64,000 bases of DNA from Eledone cirrhosa (GCA_964016885.1 OZ024742.1:298096001-298160000); one strand, 5' to 3'. Counted from the first letter of the stretch, positions 26,951-41,558 are shown. Notes: generated by a model not told the origin, from the sequence alone. Program-made: numbers and translations.

Positions 26951-28290
26951 TGATTTTCAAATCAGTTTTAAAATTTCGAAAGATCAAGTAACGTAAGTAA
27001 CTTTTTTATTATTAAGTAGGTTTTTTGAAATTTAAAATAAAGAGTTTTATATCATAGAACCAGAGATGGTTTCAAGCAGTTTGGTATTAAATTGGTTAAT
27101 GCAACTCTCAAGCCAAATTTGCATGATACATGTGACATGGCTGGGCTTTTGAATTACAGTACTATTCAAACCTCTAAATTCAAAGGTGTTGATTGGCATA
27201 ATTTTAATATTAACTTGGCTATAAAGTTTTGCATCCTGAGTTCAAATTTTGTTACAGTCAGTTTTGTCTTTCTCTATTCCAAGGTGACAAAAAAATACCA
27301 GTGAAGTACTTGGGTCAATTCTTCTCACTCTCTCAATTTCTTTCTCTCTCTCACACTTTCTCTCAGAACTGACTATGCAGTACAGTTTAGAGGGCCCTTT
27401 GCTTTCAAGAAATGGGGGAAGACTCAGCAAGTAATTAACAACCTTTACACATCTAACATACTACAAAAACTATCTAAAGAAACCAGAAGTGGTGGGCATG
27501 AAATAATCACACAAAAAATGTGATATACTGATAAGGCATCACTGAAAAAGCATCACTGTAAAGTAGTCGTATAGTTATGACAAAAAGCACCCAGTACTCA
27601 CTCAAAATGTGGTTGGCATTAGGAAGGGTATCCAGCTGTAGAAAGCAAGCCCAAATCAGTTCTGTATGAGCAAGACATGGTCATCTGACCCGATTTGCCT
27701 CAAATAGGATAACCTGCCTGACCCATGCTAGCATGGAAAATGGACTTTAAATGATGATTATAAATATAAAGGATATACTGTACTTCTTTTGAAATTAATC
27801 ATAAAAACTAATAAAAAAACAATTTCGTTTTGCTTTTGCAAACAAAGAATATTTATCAGAGAAAGAATTTGATTACTATTTCATTAAAAGATTTTGATTT
27901 AATGGTTTTTTTTACATAACTGGAAAAAGTGTCGATATAATGGATAAAAATATAGTTATATAAATGTCTTTAAATTAAGAATATTTCCCTATCAGTTTCA
28001 GATATAACCCTACCCCCATTTTCTTGTGTAGGAAGAGAAGAACAAACTCTATTTACTTTTTCATAGTGAGGCTTAGAAATTAAAGCTTGTGATGCTGACA
28101 TTAAATTTATCTTAGATTTTCTAATATACACAATGTTGTACACAAATATTTATCATATAAAAATAATATATATTTAATTTACAAATTATTTCACATGGGA
28201 AAATTAAGGATGCATCTTTTTCAATGAAAATACAAAGTAAAAACCCAATGTGCAACTTAACTACTGGACCTAAAAATCATCAATTCTAAA

Positions 28291-28901
28291 TAGATGTTAC
28301 ATTGTTAATGTTGTTTATGAAATAGTGATGTGACTTATCTTCTAATATGACATACATGAGTATATATATGGTCAGGGATGGTGTCTGGATATTTAGCACT
28401 CTAGGTTATCTCTACAATGTGAGTGCATTTTTCTCAACTATGCCCTTCATTCTCTCAACTATACAGGGCCAGTGCTAACATTAGGCAAAGTAGGCAAGCA
28501 CTTGGGATGCAGACCTCAGAGAGCCAAATTACTCACCCTTAAAGAATCTCAATTGGTTATAAATTTGTATAATTAACTTAAATATATATTAGTTTCCTAT
28601 ATAAACATTATGGAAATATCCAAAGCTGCAGAAAGGTTTGTATGGTTATATGATCTGTAATGAGTTGGCAGTCATTTTCTAATTGTGGTAAGGCAAGAAG
28701 TGTTTAGTACAACGTTTGTCAGCATAACAATCAGTAAGTTGAAATTATTTTATTTGGGAGAATGAGGAGTATAATTGAGAGAAAGGCACTCATATTGTAG
28801 GGCTAGCCTAGAGTTTTAAATACCCAAGCACCATATCTGACCATATATATTCATGTATGCCATACCACTATTTTATATATAACATTTACAATGTAACATA
28901 T
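28291..28901. mobile_element. Fold-back/MITE-like element with ~150-165-bp diverged inverted arms
   Basis: 28291-28458 aligns by eye to the reverse complement of 28756-28901 (e.g. CATACATGAGTATATATATGGTCAG vs CTGACCATATATATTCATGTATG). Confidence 0.7.
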
Positions 28902-29247
28902 ATGATATTTTAAAAGTTTCTGCTGAATTAATGTGGCTTATCATCATTAATCAGATACATTCTCTAAGATTATTTTTACTTTTTCGGTTTTCTTTTTATA
29001 AATATATATTTTTCATGTAGGGTTAATTTTCATGTGTTTATTCATAATGTTGACATTAACTTACTGCTGATAAACACTCACCATCTATAAAAATAACAAT
29101 GTGTATTTTAGATTTGATGTTGCTGTGCAAATAGTAAAATGCTAACTACAGACATTTTAAGAATGTCATCAATGTATAAAGATGAATAAACAGAAATATA
29201 GATAATTAAAGATAAACACATTTATTTTATATTATGCATTAGGTTTA

Positions 29248-29410
29248 TAGGAGGAATGCCTGAGTGGTTAAGAAGTTTGTTCTGCAATCACAAAGTTCTG
29301 TATTTGATACCATTGTGAGGTTTCTTGAGCAAGTGTATTTACCACAGCCACAAATTGATCCAAGCATTTTTCGGTAAAATTTAGTAGATGAAAACTGTAT
29401 TGAAGCTCAC
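29248..29410 (+). mobile_element. Old diverged tRNA-derived SINE
   Basis: GAGTGGTTAAGAAGTTTG...CTTGAGCAAGTG...ATTTAGTAGATGAAAACTG; related remnants near 41270, 43210, 50400 (+) and 25470, 46570, 53410 (-). Confidence 0.55.
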
Positions 29411-30771
29411 TGGAAAGAGTATATCTGTAATTCAAGAATTCAGTCTTGTCATATATTGTACCACAGTGATTTAGCTTTGGATTTATGTTAAACTTGCTTG
29501 TATCTGCAGATTACCCAGCCACTTGCATGTTATTCTAACAAGCTGGATCAAATAACTCAGTGCTCATCATCCAACCTGTAGTAATTATAAATTAACTTGG
29601 CTAAATTTGACTTCTTTTCCAAATTCTTACTAGCCTGAACTCTATCCCTGGTTCTATGATACAAAACTATACATCTTTAAATGTCCATAGTTATATCAAG
29701 ACTTTTCACCATAATTGTATGTAAGAAACTTTCTTTCAGTTTTATTCATTAGTTATTCAGCTTAATTCTTGATTATTTTGCAAATTAATTGAAACACAAA
29801 AGCAATGTATTTCAATAGAAGTATCATAATGAAAGGATTAAATGTCATGTAAAATTATGTCTGCCTAAATTACACTTAAATTCTCAAATATAATTGATTA
29901 CTTTTAGAAATAAATTTGTTTTTAATGATTTATTTTAAATGCCTATTTTTAGAAACAGCATTTTTTAAACAGTTATTTTTAGAATGATTATTTATAAAAC
30001 GTTTATTTTTAGCAAATATTCTTTTTAATCAATAAATGTGGAATTTTATTATGAATCTTTTAATGAAATTCCAAACTATATTTGAAGAATTAGGATATGT
30101 AAATGGTTTTTGACATAATTTTATTGAATACTTTCAGGAATTATGCAATTAAAAAAAAATATAAGGAAATGGAAATTTATATAAAATTGTGATGATTCTG
30201 CACTTTCTATGTCTAATGGATTGATGAATATTTAAGTGAAATGGCACATCTAGAATAATGTTACTGTTACACAGTCAGGCTGCCCCAAAAGGCCAAACAA
30301 CTGATTAGCATAAAGTAGTTTACCAACATACTCTAACCTCTGGATCACAAGCGTGCTCTCTTTTCTTCTCACCACAATTACAGTGACATCTGACTTTTGA
30401 AGTTGACTGATTTTGAAACATTTCAAACTCAAGCACCTCTAGCTCATCTCTTTATTCATATTGTGTCCATCAACCCTAGACCTGCAGTAACTCCTATACA
30501 TATTTTTGTTTCTACAGTATGTTGTCTTTTTTGGGGGGAGTTCTTGCTTGTCCATATTTTTCTAGCACATGTCAACCTGAAACTATTCAAGAACATTAAC
30601 TACATTGATCACACTGGTCTTGGAAAGTCCACAAACAGCACACACCAATTCGATAAAATAAAGCCCCAAAACCCCAATCTTCTGAATTCTAGCACATGAT
30701 GCATGCATAAATTGTTAAATTTAAGTGCAGCCCACTTTTTGATTAGATGAAGAATCTATATGAAAAGTAAT

Positions 30772-31822
30772 TTAATAATAATGATGAAATTATTGTGTGT
30801 AAAGTGCTCAGGTGCACTACAACTCGTCAAAGGTGTATGTATAGTACATAGAATAATACACAAATGTCAGGGAAGTGAATAGTGTATGAGTCATGGTATA
30901 CATGTGTGTATGTGTATGGAGGGGAACATTAGCTGTAGTGTTGGCGGATCTCGGGAAGCATGGAGGCCTTAAAGGATGCAGTGTCTCAACAGCTAACAAC
31001 TGATGCAGGTAGTTTGTTCCATGCTTCAGCAACTCTGAGCGTGAAAAAATGTTTCCAAAAGTCATGGGAACTGTGCTGTTTTCTGACTTTGTGGGTATGT
31101 CCACGTGTGTTAGACACATGGAAATCAAAAAGGTACTCAGGGTTGTTGTTGGCAAGATGGTTAACAATTTTGTGGGTGTTTACCAAGTCAGTTGCCAGGC
31201 GTGGGAGCTTCAATGTATCCATGCCCAGGGAAGCAAGGCGTTCAGAGTATGGTAGATGCCTGATGGAGGGTATTCGCTTGGTTGCATGTCTCTGAACAGT
31301 TTCCAGGCGGTCAATGTTCTGAGCAAGATAGGGGTTCCAGACTGGTGATGCAAATTCTAAGTGTGGCCGCACCATAGTCATGTACAGCCTTACATAGATA
31401 TCTGGAGAGCGGTTGACAAAGGTCTTGCTGAGTGATGCTAAGACACCCTCGGCCCTCTTGACAATTTTAGAGACGTGCTTCATCCAATGAAAATTGCTGC
31501 TGACCGTAATGCCCCGGTCACGTTCACAAGAAGACTTCTTGATATTAGTGCTGTGGAGGGAGTATGTGGACGCTGGGTTTTTACTCCCAAAATACATGGT
31601 GGTGCACTTGTCTACAGCTAGCTTGAGTTGCCAGTCTGAGATCCATTGTTGCATTGGGTCCAGGTCAGACTGCAAGCAAGATCTATAGTGTTCAGGATCT
31701 GTCCTTTTTATCTCACGGTACAGCTTGATGTTATCTGCGTACTTTAGTACCGTGGCATTCTTTAAGTTGGCATCTATGTCATTAATATATGCCACAAAAA
31801 AAAGGGGGCCAAGAACAGATTT
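30772..31822 (-). mobile_element. CR1/L2-clade LINE, 5'-truncated RT C-terminal half
   Basis: SVLGPL, YIND, LKYADN (mutated YADD), LQSDLD, RPHLEFASPVWNPY, FFTLRVAEAWNKLP in ORF 30986-31795. Confidence 0.92.
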
Positions 31823-31835
31823 ACATAATATTCAA

Positions 31836-32019
31836 ATAATTGTTTCTACTTTAGGCACAAGGCCAGCAATTACCCAGTGCATTACTGGTACTTTATTTTA
31901 TCGACCCCATAAGGATGAAAGGCAAAGTCAACCTCGGCGGGATTTGAACTCAGATCGTAAAGGGACGTAACTATGCTGGAAAGCATGGCGTCTGACCCTC
32001 TACCGATACTGCCAATCCA
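31836..32019 (-). mobile_element. SINE family 2
   Basis: Near-identical to 8106-8278. Confidence 0.85.
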
Positions 32020-32891
32020 TCTAATACTTAGATTATAGATAGATGATGTATATATTCATCTCACCTCACTCCCATCTCCCACTCTCTCTGTCCAGCTAAG
32101 GACACCAAAATTGCACTACTGTTAATGCTACACTGGAATACACCCAGTGCTCCCTGCAAATGTTGCTGCTGGTACCACGATAAAATGAACCCAGCCCTAT
32201 CTGTAAAATGGTAGTGCTGGTACTACAGTAAAATGCACACAGCCCAGTCTGTAAAGTGATAGTTCTGATATCAAAATGAATGCACCCAGTACATGATGTA
32301 ATATGGTTGGTGTTAAGAAGAGTATATAGCTGTAGAAATCATGCCAAACAGGAACATATGAGCAAGATCTTGTCATCTGACCTGTCTAGTCTCAGAGCCT
32401 GACAACCCATCCAACCCACACCAGTATGGAACATGGACATAAAATTGATTATAATGGTGATATATATTCATTAGATGTGTACTGCTTCTCTTATTCTGGA
32501 ATATAATTAGAAAAATATTTAATATTTTATTAACTTTTGAGTGCCAGTGTTGATTTTGGGTATTTTAATGCCCCAGGTAGGAATTGCACATTCGTATTTT
32601 TTTTTAAATTCTTTAAAATAAAATAAAAGAGAAATTTTGATTAAATTCACTCTATCTACTTTGTTTGGACCTAATACATTTTCAGTCCACGAAAGGTAAA
32701 AGAAATACCAATAAATATTTAGCACTTCTTGTTAAGTTTAACTTTCTCACTCTCTTTCCAGACTTAAAGGCTCTGAAAATGGCAATAAGCACTGCATTCC
32801 ACAACTTAAGCAAACAGTAAAAGACAAAAAATAATCTGTATATTCTAATCTTTTTTCTTTACCTTTTACCTAAATGCACAATCAGGTGTTT

Positions 32892-32926
<35 letters not shown>

Positions 32927-33742
32927 CTGAGACAAAGTGCTATATGTGTGTGTCTGTGTGTGTCTGAGTGTGTGTCTGAGTGTGTGTGTGTGTGTCTGAG
33001 TGTGTGATTATATATATATATATATGCACACCTATAATTAAAAGTACTGATGCAAAGTTTTAGTATGTTGATCAGCAGAAATTCAATATGGCTTTAAACA
33101 AAAAGAATTATCACATGAATCTCTAAAGATAAGAAATGTTTTCATCATATGCGCAATTTTTTCTAGGTTTTCTTTGCATGAATATATGATTTAATAATGT
33201 AATAGGAAGTTATAAATATTTTTAAAAATTAGGTAGATTCAAATGAGAAAACTAGGACAAAGAGTAACAACTCTCAGAAACAGAAATTCATAGTACCAAA
33301 GATATTTTTAACATTCATGCAACTATGATTCTACTGCCTGGCTAAAGTAAAATAATACTAATGCTGAATGAACAGAAATACTTCAGCAAAACGAATGGAA
33401 AAACTGATTGTTTAATAACATATTAACAGTTACAAAGTCTAGAGAAAGAAAAGAGAACATGAAAATTGAACAGTGAAGTTGAAGCTGACAAGTCTGCTAA
33501 TAAAAATAGGAAATAGCTGCATTAAAAACACACTCACACACACCAACATAAACAACCCAAACACATGTTTGATTAGTCTAGCAATTCTGGAGATTCCCAG
33601 CCATTCTGTAGTTGTCTGTTTGGTTTCAGAGTGTTGTTTACTTATCAATTATTGTTGTCAATAGGTAATATCTCTCAGAAATAAATATCTGTGTGTGTGT
33701 GTGAAAATATATAGGTTTTATTTTTTTAAAAATATATAGGTA

Positions 33743-36523
33743 AACTTCAAAAAACCCGACAACTACCTGATCACCTATAGATCAGGGGAGCATTCTAGTC
33801 AGATAGATTTTATCCTCAACAGAGGACGTGACAGATGGACGGTCGTAAACACAAAAGCCATCCCTAGTGAAGAATGTACATCCCAACATAGCTTAGTTGT
33901 CAGCGACCTCACAGTCAGAACTAGACGAACCTGGAAACAGAGGCCAACTGGGAGAAGAAAGATCTGGAAGCTGAAAGACCCCTCAACCAGTAACAGATTT
34001 AAAGATATTTGACTCAATGCCTACGACAGTAAAGAAGAACAGATAGAGACATTCAATGTAGTAGAGAACTGGCAGTTCCTAAAAAATAACTTACTAGAGG
34101 TGACTGATGAAATCTGTGGCTGGAGTAAGACCACAAGCAGGAGGAGAGTGACTTGGTGGTGGAACAATAAGGTAGATGAGGCAGTTAAGGCCAAGAGACA
34201 GGCATGGAAAGACTGGAAGAATGGAGGGAGCAGGGTACATTACATAGAGACCAAGAGGGAAACTAGGCGACAAGTATACTTAGCTAGGAGGGAAGCAGAG
34301 GATAGAAAATTCAAGCATGTTTTGCAACGTGAGGGCCAGAAACAGGAGGTGTTCAAGATTGCGAGGCAGTGTGTCAGAGAGAATTGTGATGTCATTGGAG
34401 AGAAGTGTATCCGGAATGATAAAGGTGAGCTTGCTCTCACAAGTGCTGAGAAGAAAGATGCATGGAAGAGTCATTATGATAGATTACTAAATGAGGAGAA
34501 TGCATGGGAAGAAGAGACCCTAACCAAGTAGACCCTATATATGGGCCAGCAGTACAAATCAGCAGCAGCGTAGTAAGTAAGGCAATCAAAGATATGAAGA
34601 TGGGGAAGGCAACCGGTCCATCGGGTATAGCTGCCGAGATGTTGAAGGCATCTGGGTCTGTAGGTCACACTATAACCACACGTATTGTTAACCAGGTAAT
34701 ACTAGAAGGTGTCATACCAAAAGATTGGTGCAGTAGCATCATTGTCAACTGCTACAAAGGTAAAGGTGATGCACTAGATAGAGTAAACTATAGAGGTATA
34801 AAGCTGATGGACCAGGTCATGAAAGTAACAGAAAGAGTTATAGCACAGTTGATTAGGGACCGGGTGAAACTAGACGAGATGCACTTTGGGTTTGTACCAG
34901 GAAGAGGCACCACTGATGCCCTCTTCCTTGTCAGGCAGTTACAGGAAAAGTACCTAGCTAAAAGTAAGCCACTCTACCTGGCATTTGTCGATCTGGAGAA
35001 AGCCTTTGACAGAGTTCCACGTGCTGTAATCTGGTGGGCTCTTAGAAAACTAGGAGTAGATGAATGGCTTGTGAAAGCGGTACAAGCCATGTATAGGGGA
35101 GCAGTCAGCAAAGTTAGGATTAGCAATGAGTATAGCGAGGAATTTAGCGTACAGGTTGGGGTCCACCAGGGCTCTGTTCTTAGCCCCTCCTGTTCATCAT
35201 AGTCCTGCAGGCAATAATGGAGGAGTTTAAGACCGGATGCCCATGGGAACTCCTGTATGCTGATGACCTCACACTTATAGCTGAATCTATGGTAGAACTA
35301 GAGAAGAAATTCCAAACTTGGAAGCAGGGTCTAGAAAGAAAGGGTCTCAAAGTCAACATGACAAAGACTAAGGTCCTTGTAAGTAAATAAGAAAACAGAA
35401 CCCAGATCCCCTCAGGGAAATGGCCTTGCTCAGTATGTAGGAAAAGGTGTAGGTAGGAACTCCATTCTCTGCCCCAAATGCAAACAATGGGTACACAAGA
35501 GATGTAGCGGGCTCTTAGGAAGCTTAACTAAGAATGTAGGATTCACATGCAACAGCTGTGCTGGGACAGCAAGCAGCAAACAGCCAGAAGAAACAAGTAC
35601 CACCAATCTCTGGGAGGGCTCTGTAGAAACAGTAGACAGCTTCTGCTACCTAGGTGACTGAATTAGCAGAGGAGGTGGGTGTTCAGAAAGTACAATAACT
35701 AGGGTAAGAACGGGATGGAAGAAGTTTAGGGAACTACTACCACTGCTAGCTGCAAAAGGCTTCTCCCTCAAAATGAAAGGCAGACTGTATGATGCGTGTA
35801 TCCGAACAGCGATGTTGCATGGTAGTGAGACCTGGGCGCTGAAGGTGGAAGACTTACGTAGATTAGAGAGAAGCGAAGCTTGCATGCTCCGATGGATGTG
35901 TAATAGTAATATACGCGAACGACAAAGCATAAATGAATTGAGAGAGAGACTGAGCATAAGAGGAATCAAATGCTGTGTGCAGGAGAGGCGGTTGCGTTGG
36001 TATGGACATGTGATGCGTATGAAGGATGACAGCTGCATAAAAAGGTGCAGAGCACTAGAAGTCGATGGAAACTGCGGAGTGGGGAGACCCAAGATGACCT
36101 GGGATGAGGTGATAAAAGCCGACCTTACCCAATTACACCTCTCAAAGGCGATGACGCATGACCGTGACCTCTGGCGTCACGCAGTAATACAGAGTACCCC
36201 ACCTCCCATGGGTACAAGCTGAAGCATATAGACAATATGCCCCCCCCCCACTGCAAGGTGGTCGTTGAGGTGCCACGGCAAAAAAGCACCCAGCCCACAC
36301 TGTAAAGTGGACGTGTAGGCGCCACGAGAAAGCACCCAGCACTCACTGTAAATGAGGTTGGTGTTAGGAAGGGCATCCAGCTGTAGAAATCAAGCCAAAT
36401 CAGTTCCTGTATGAGCAAGGCATGGTCAGCCGACCAGACACTGCCCACAACAGGACAACCCGTCTAGCCCATGCTAGCGTGGAAGAACGGACGTAAAACG
36501 GTGATGATGATGATGATGATGAT
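33743..36523 (+). mobile_element. RTE family C, longest copy: APE C-terminus, RT, Cys-rich module, 3'UTR; disrupted
   Basis: FKK....ITYRSG...SQIDFIL...SQHSLVV (APE end), VTWWWN, NYRGIKL, FVDLEKAFDRV, LLYADDL, several stops/frameshifts; candidate TSD ATAGGTA at 33736-33742 and 36522-36528. Confidence 0.93.
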
Positions 36524-36679
36524 AGGTAGCAGTGACTTCAAAGTTTTCAAGAATCTATCTTTATGTAACTATGAATCAGAATAGAGATATAGGCTAAACA
36601 CTGTGCACTAACCAATCATTACATGTAAGAACAAAAGACTTTTCGCAAATCTGTGTCAATATCATTATCATCATTTAAC

Positions 36680-36873
36680 GGGGATTGATTGGCAGTATCG
36701 GTAAAGGGTCAGACGCCATGCATTGCAGCATAGAGTTACGGCCCTTTATGGTCTGAGTTCAAATCCCACCGAGGTTAACTTTGTCTTTCATCTTTATGGG
36801 GTCGATAAAATAAAGCTCCAGAAATGCACTGAGATAATTGCTGGCCTTGTGCCAAAAGTGGAAACAATTATTA
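36680..36873 (+). mobile_element. SINE family 2 inserted in an older RTE-tail remnant
   Basis: Family sequence; ATCATTTAA repeated on both sides. Confidence 0.8.
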
Positions 36874-39800
36874 TCATTTAATGTCCATTTTTCCTGCTAG
36901 CAAGGCTTGGACAGGTTGTCCCTCACCAAGTCAGTACTTAATCAGAGACACTGTACTCTCACATAGACCAGGAGGCTAAATCATGCTTAAATACGTTCCC
37001 ACATTCTACAAAGTGCTCTGGATGCATTTTAACACGGTACCAGCAGTAAAGATGTTGCAGTACCCTCGACACAATTGATGAGTCTCTTCTATTCTTTGTT
37101 TAGAATGGCTTCTACAGCTGGATGCCATTCGTACCACTAACCATCTTACATGATAAATGTAAAATGAATTTAACAGATTTTGTATGTTTTTAAATGGCTA
37201 GAGATGACTCTTTATGATATGATTGCTATGATGGGAGGGTTTTATATTAATACAAACACTTGGAAAGAAAGAGCTTTGTATCATAGAACCATGGCTGATT
37301 TCAGATGTTTTAATATCAAAAGGGTTAATATGTGAAGTTCTCATAGTACAATACCTTCATTGAATAGTTATATAAGAATACATAAAATAGAAATACTAAA
37401 GGAAGAGTTAATCTAAAATGTGGGACCAATGATCCCATACCTCTTTCAACAGAAAAATCCATACCTCTTTTGACAGAAAAAAAAACTAACTTGCTGCAAG
37501 TTCTTATTATTCAATATTAAATCTTTTCAACCCACCTGAAATCATCCCTTGCTCTATGATAAAAAAAGTTTCTTTCAAAGTATTTATGTCTATCGAAAAG
37601 CCTTCCATCATAATTGTATGTCAGAACATTTGTTAAGTTCTACTAATAATGATAACGTTAGTTATTTTACTAAATCCTTTCAAATTCTTGATTATACTGA
37701 AGATAATTTTTAAATGATAGATCTTGTGTTTAGTTAGAAATATAGTAGTGAAAGGGTTAGGGTTAAATAATTAGCTTCTTTCATTTCTTATGTTGATAAT
37801 CATAGAATGTTATAATTTAGCCATCACAGATTTATTTGTTCATCTTAACTACCAGAAAAAAATTCCACTTTCGATCTATTATTGGAAAACAAAAAATATA
37901 AAAGCAGCAGACAGTAGCTAAAAATATTTTTTTAAATGATATATAGACTACAAAATATAGATGAAAAGATAAAATTGCTATGTTGAGGTGAAGATGTTAT
38001 TGAACAATTGGGCTTGCAAAGTGAATTGTATTTTATGAAAAAAGAATAAGACCAAGAATTTTGACATATAATTCAATGAAATCTCTTTTTAGATATGATC
38101 TATAATTTAGCTGATATTTAAACATATTTCTAGTTTTAAATTCACAACACTATCATTATGTTCATTTAATAGGTCTCTCAGATAAGAATTGAAAAATAAT
38201 CATTCTTTTCAAAGGTTATTTGTTGAAATGGAAAGCTAAAAATCATTTTATAGTGAAGGAATTTTTAAGAACTTTTCCTTTCTATCTTTAATATATTTCC
38301 TATCAGTACAAATAAGTAAGGATATACCATTTACAAGTAAAATAATTTTAACTTATGTTAGTATAACTACAGCATATACATTTGTATAAGCCACACTGAG
38401 AGATAAGCCAGATCTTAATTTTACATAAAACATTTACAATACAACAAGCGCCTTAATGCAATTCTGCCTTCTAAAGTAGAGATAAAGTAGAAGCTGTGAA
38501 TTCCATAATAGACTCACTATGGAGTCCTTAGTTGAGGCAATATCTTACAGATAGATATCCATTTAGGCACCTAATTGTTGCCAGTAAGTACATATTTTGT
38601 GTCAACTACTACATGTATTATATGGTAAATGATAGTTAAAATGTAAAAATAAAAAAATTAAAAACAGCCACTAAAAATGCTTCTCAAACACAAATATCAA
38701 ACACAGGGCCGTGGTATTTGGTTCAAACATTTGTGCAGTTTAAAAATTTCTTAACATAGCTGACTTATAGATTTCAAAATCTTAATAAGAAGGTTTAGTA
38801 CTTGACCTTATAAGTAATAATGAGAAACTACTGTAAGTGTGGTTCCCTTGTTCAAATATTTAAACAATCTTCTAAGGTTGCGAATTAGCAGAGTTACCAG
38901 ATTAAATGACTCCAGATATTTGTTATATGTATTATTTAAAAACCCTTAACCTCTTCTTGACTAGGTGTTGGTATGTTAAGTATAACCGACAAAATGTTTG
39001 TAACTGGAATGAAAGCATAAGCATAAAAAAGTCATAGGAAAAACATATACAAAGTATTAAAGGGAAAACATTGTATCGGTGGTGAATGAGGAGAGCCAAA
39101 TACACCATGTTCTGGTACATGAGGCATAGAGTTGAGATGAGTAGTAATTGTAATAATAGGTGAAAAGAACAGTGAATAGAGGTAGGTTGACAATGATCAT
39201 AGTTTTTAAGGGTACTAGAGAGTGAAAGTATTGGACAGATTTGATTTAAAAGGTTTTTAAACATGTATGTGTGTATGTTGCTAGGTTTAGTTAATTTCTG
39301 ATTATGTAAACAAGGTTCATAGATTAAGGGCAACACTATATGCTCACTCGATTCCCTATAAATAACATCCAAGTTCTTTTCAAATCCTTTCCAAATGTCT
39401 TCAAGTAAAGAAATGACATACTGAATAAAATAGTCTGAGATCAACTGTGTTTGAAAAATTGGGATATTCATAGCTAGAAGATCTTTTATCTTGGATCTGA
39501 TAGATCTGGAGGAAGGGGCAGAGTGCATGATCTTTACAGGACGTCTGAAATTGGAGAGATTGATGCTATTGATATTCTGTGTAAACTAACACAGGTCCAT
39601 TCTTTTGAAAAAGACATGAAATGGGTAGGAGTTCTGTGAAAGAAGGACTGAGTGTAGTGATTAATTCAGAGACTGGGAGGCTAGACACTACATGAGTAAA
39701 GAGAGAAGTGGGAGACAATTGAGTCAGGAGTGCTTGAGTGGGGGTGGTATGATATTAGCAAGATCTAATGAGAAGAGACTAATTCCACATGAGAAAGAAA

Positions 39801-40095
39801 TTCTGACAAATAATAAAAACAATTTCCAAATGAATAAAAGATTGAATGAGAGCAAGCTTTTATAACTTTAAACTGGAATTATTAGCAATAATCACTGCTT
39901 ACTATAAAAGCTCTTATAGCAATTCCTATGAATTTTACATTTGTGTGTAGTTTAGAATCTCAACACAGCTAATTTATCATTTGAAATGTTTTAGTAACTA
40001 AGTCAATAATTACAGAAACTTTCAGAATCAATTCCATGTTAACCCTTTGAAGATGAGTTGCCTAATAATCAGACATAATATTAGACAAACCACAC

Positions 40096-40230
40096 ATGCG
40101 TAACCGATCTATCAGCTACCAAATGTCTTTCATAGACAAACCAATACAGTATGGTATCAGAACATTTCTACTGTCTGACTTTCAAGATGATTATATCTGC
40201 AGTGTTGGGTGGGTATACAGGAGGATGGGA
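40096..40230 (+). pseudogene. Degraded piggyBac-like transposase fragment
   Basis: QMSFIDKPIQYGIRTFLLSDFQDDYICSV..VY resembles the piggyBac motif QYxxxKPxKYGIKxxxLxDxxxxYxxxxxxY; TTAACCCTT at ~40038. Confidence 0.5.
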
Positions 40231-40947
40231 GAATCACAATGTGTTTTCAACTCACAAAACATTATAACAACGAACATTTCTAAATTATTATTTTCATAGA
40301 CGTTTTTTAGACGTTTAGTCCAGTAAACACTATAAGACAGTAATAGATAGGACATCCAACTGTAGAAACCAAGGTGAAAAATGTCAAGACAAATGGGCAT
40401 GACAACCTCTATTGCTGATCTACATATAGAAACACCCAGCAAACTATAAAGTGGTTTGTGATAAGAAGGGCATCCATCCATAGAAAACATGGTAAAAAAA
40501 GGGTCAGGATGGCATTTCAGCTATATTGAAGTCTTAACAATCTCCCTAATGCTGGTGCTATGATAAAAGGTACCCAGTGCACTTTAGAGAGAAGGAATGT
40601 ATGTAAACAGGAAGCAAGCCCTCTTGGAGGTCAGTGGCACCACTTCAGTATAGACTCAGTCTGTGAAGACTTGTGATACCATCGCTAGCTGGGAAAGTGG
40701 ACGTTAAATAATGATGATATACCTAATCTGAGTTTGAACGCTACTTCTGCCTTCAGGTTAATAATCTCAAGCAGTTCTTTTAATCTTAATCAATTACACC
40801 CGATCATGATTTCCTTTTCACATTAAAAAACAATGTCAATACAAGCAATATTAACAACAATTAAAATAAATAAAAAAATCGAAGTTTGTCAAAGTAAATA
40901 GCTTAACTCATATAACTTTATTTATTTATTATTATTATTATTCTGAC

Positions 40948-41131
40948 GGTGGATTGGCAGTATCGATAGAGGGTCGGACGCTATGCTTTGATGCATAGAG
41001 TTATGGCCCTTGCCATTCTGAGTTTGAATCCCACCGAGGTTAACTTTGCTTTTCATCCTTACGAGGTCGATAAAATAAAGTACCAGTAATGCACTGGGTA
41101 ATTGCTGGCCTTGTGCCAAAAAGTAGAAACA
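40948..41131 (+). mobile_element. SINE family 2 with 17-bp TSD
   Basis: ATTATTATTATTCTGAC at 40931-40947 and 41132-41148. Confidence 0.9.
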
Positions 41132-41558
41132 ATTATTATTATTCTGACAAAAGAATCTAAGAATTTGTTTAGCTGCTTCTCAAACTTCAAGTAGTTAAAT
41201 AGAATTTTACAATTAATTCTTATGTGTATAGAATTATGTGATAAAGTTGCATGTATAGCTATGTGGTTAAGAAGTCTGCATCATGAGCATGTGTCTTACA
41301 CAAGAGTCTTGAGTTGACTGGTTCTTTTCAAGTAAAATTTGTTAGTTGGAAGCTATAGAAGCACATCGTATGTATAGATATATGTAAATTAGACCATCAA
41401 ATACCTGAATGTAAATACATCTAGAACAAACCCAATGTTATAGACATAATAAAACTGTCAAATGTTCTAACCAATGACCAACACACTCAGAGAATCAAAG
41501 CCAACTATAAACTCAATGCCTATGCCAGATCTCAGACATCATGAATATTTCCTGACCC

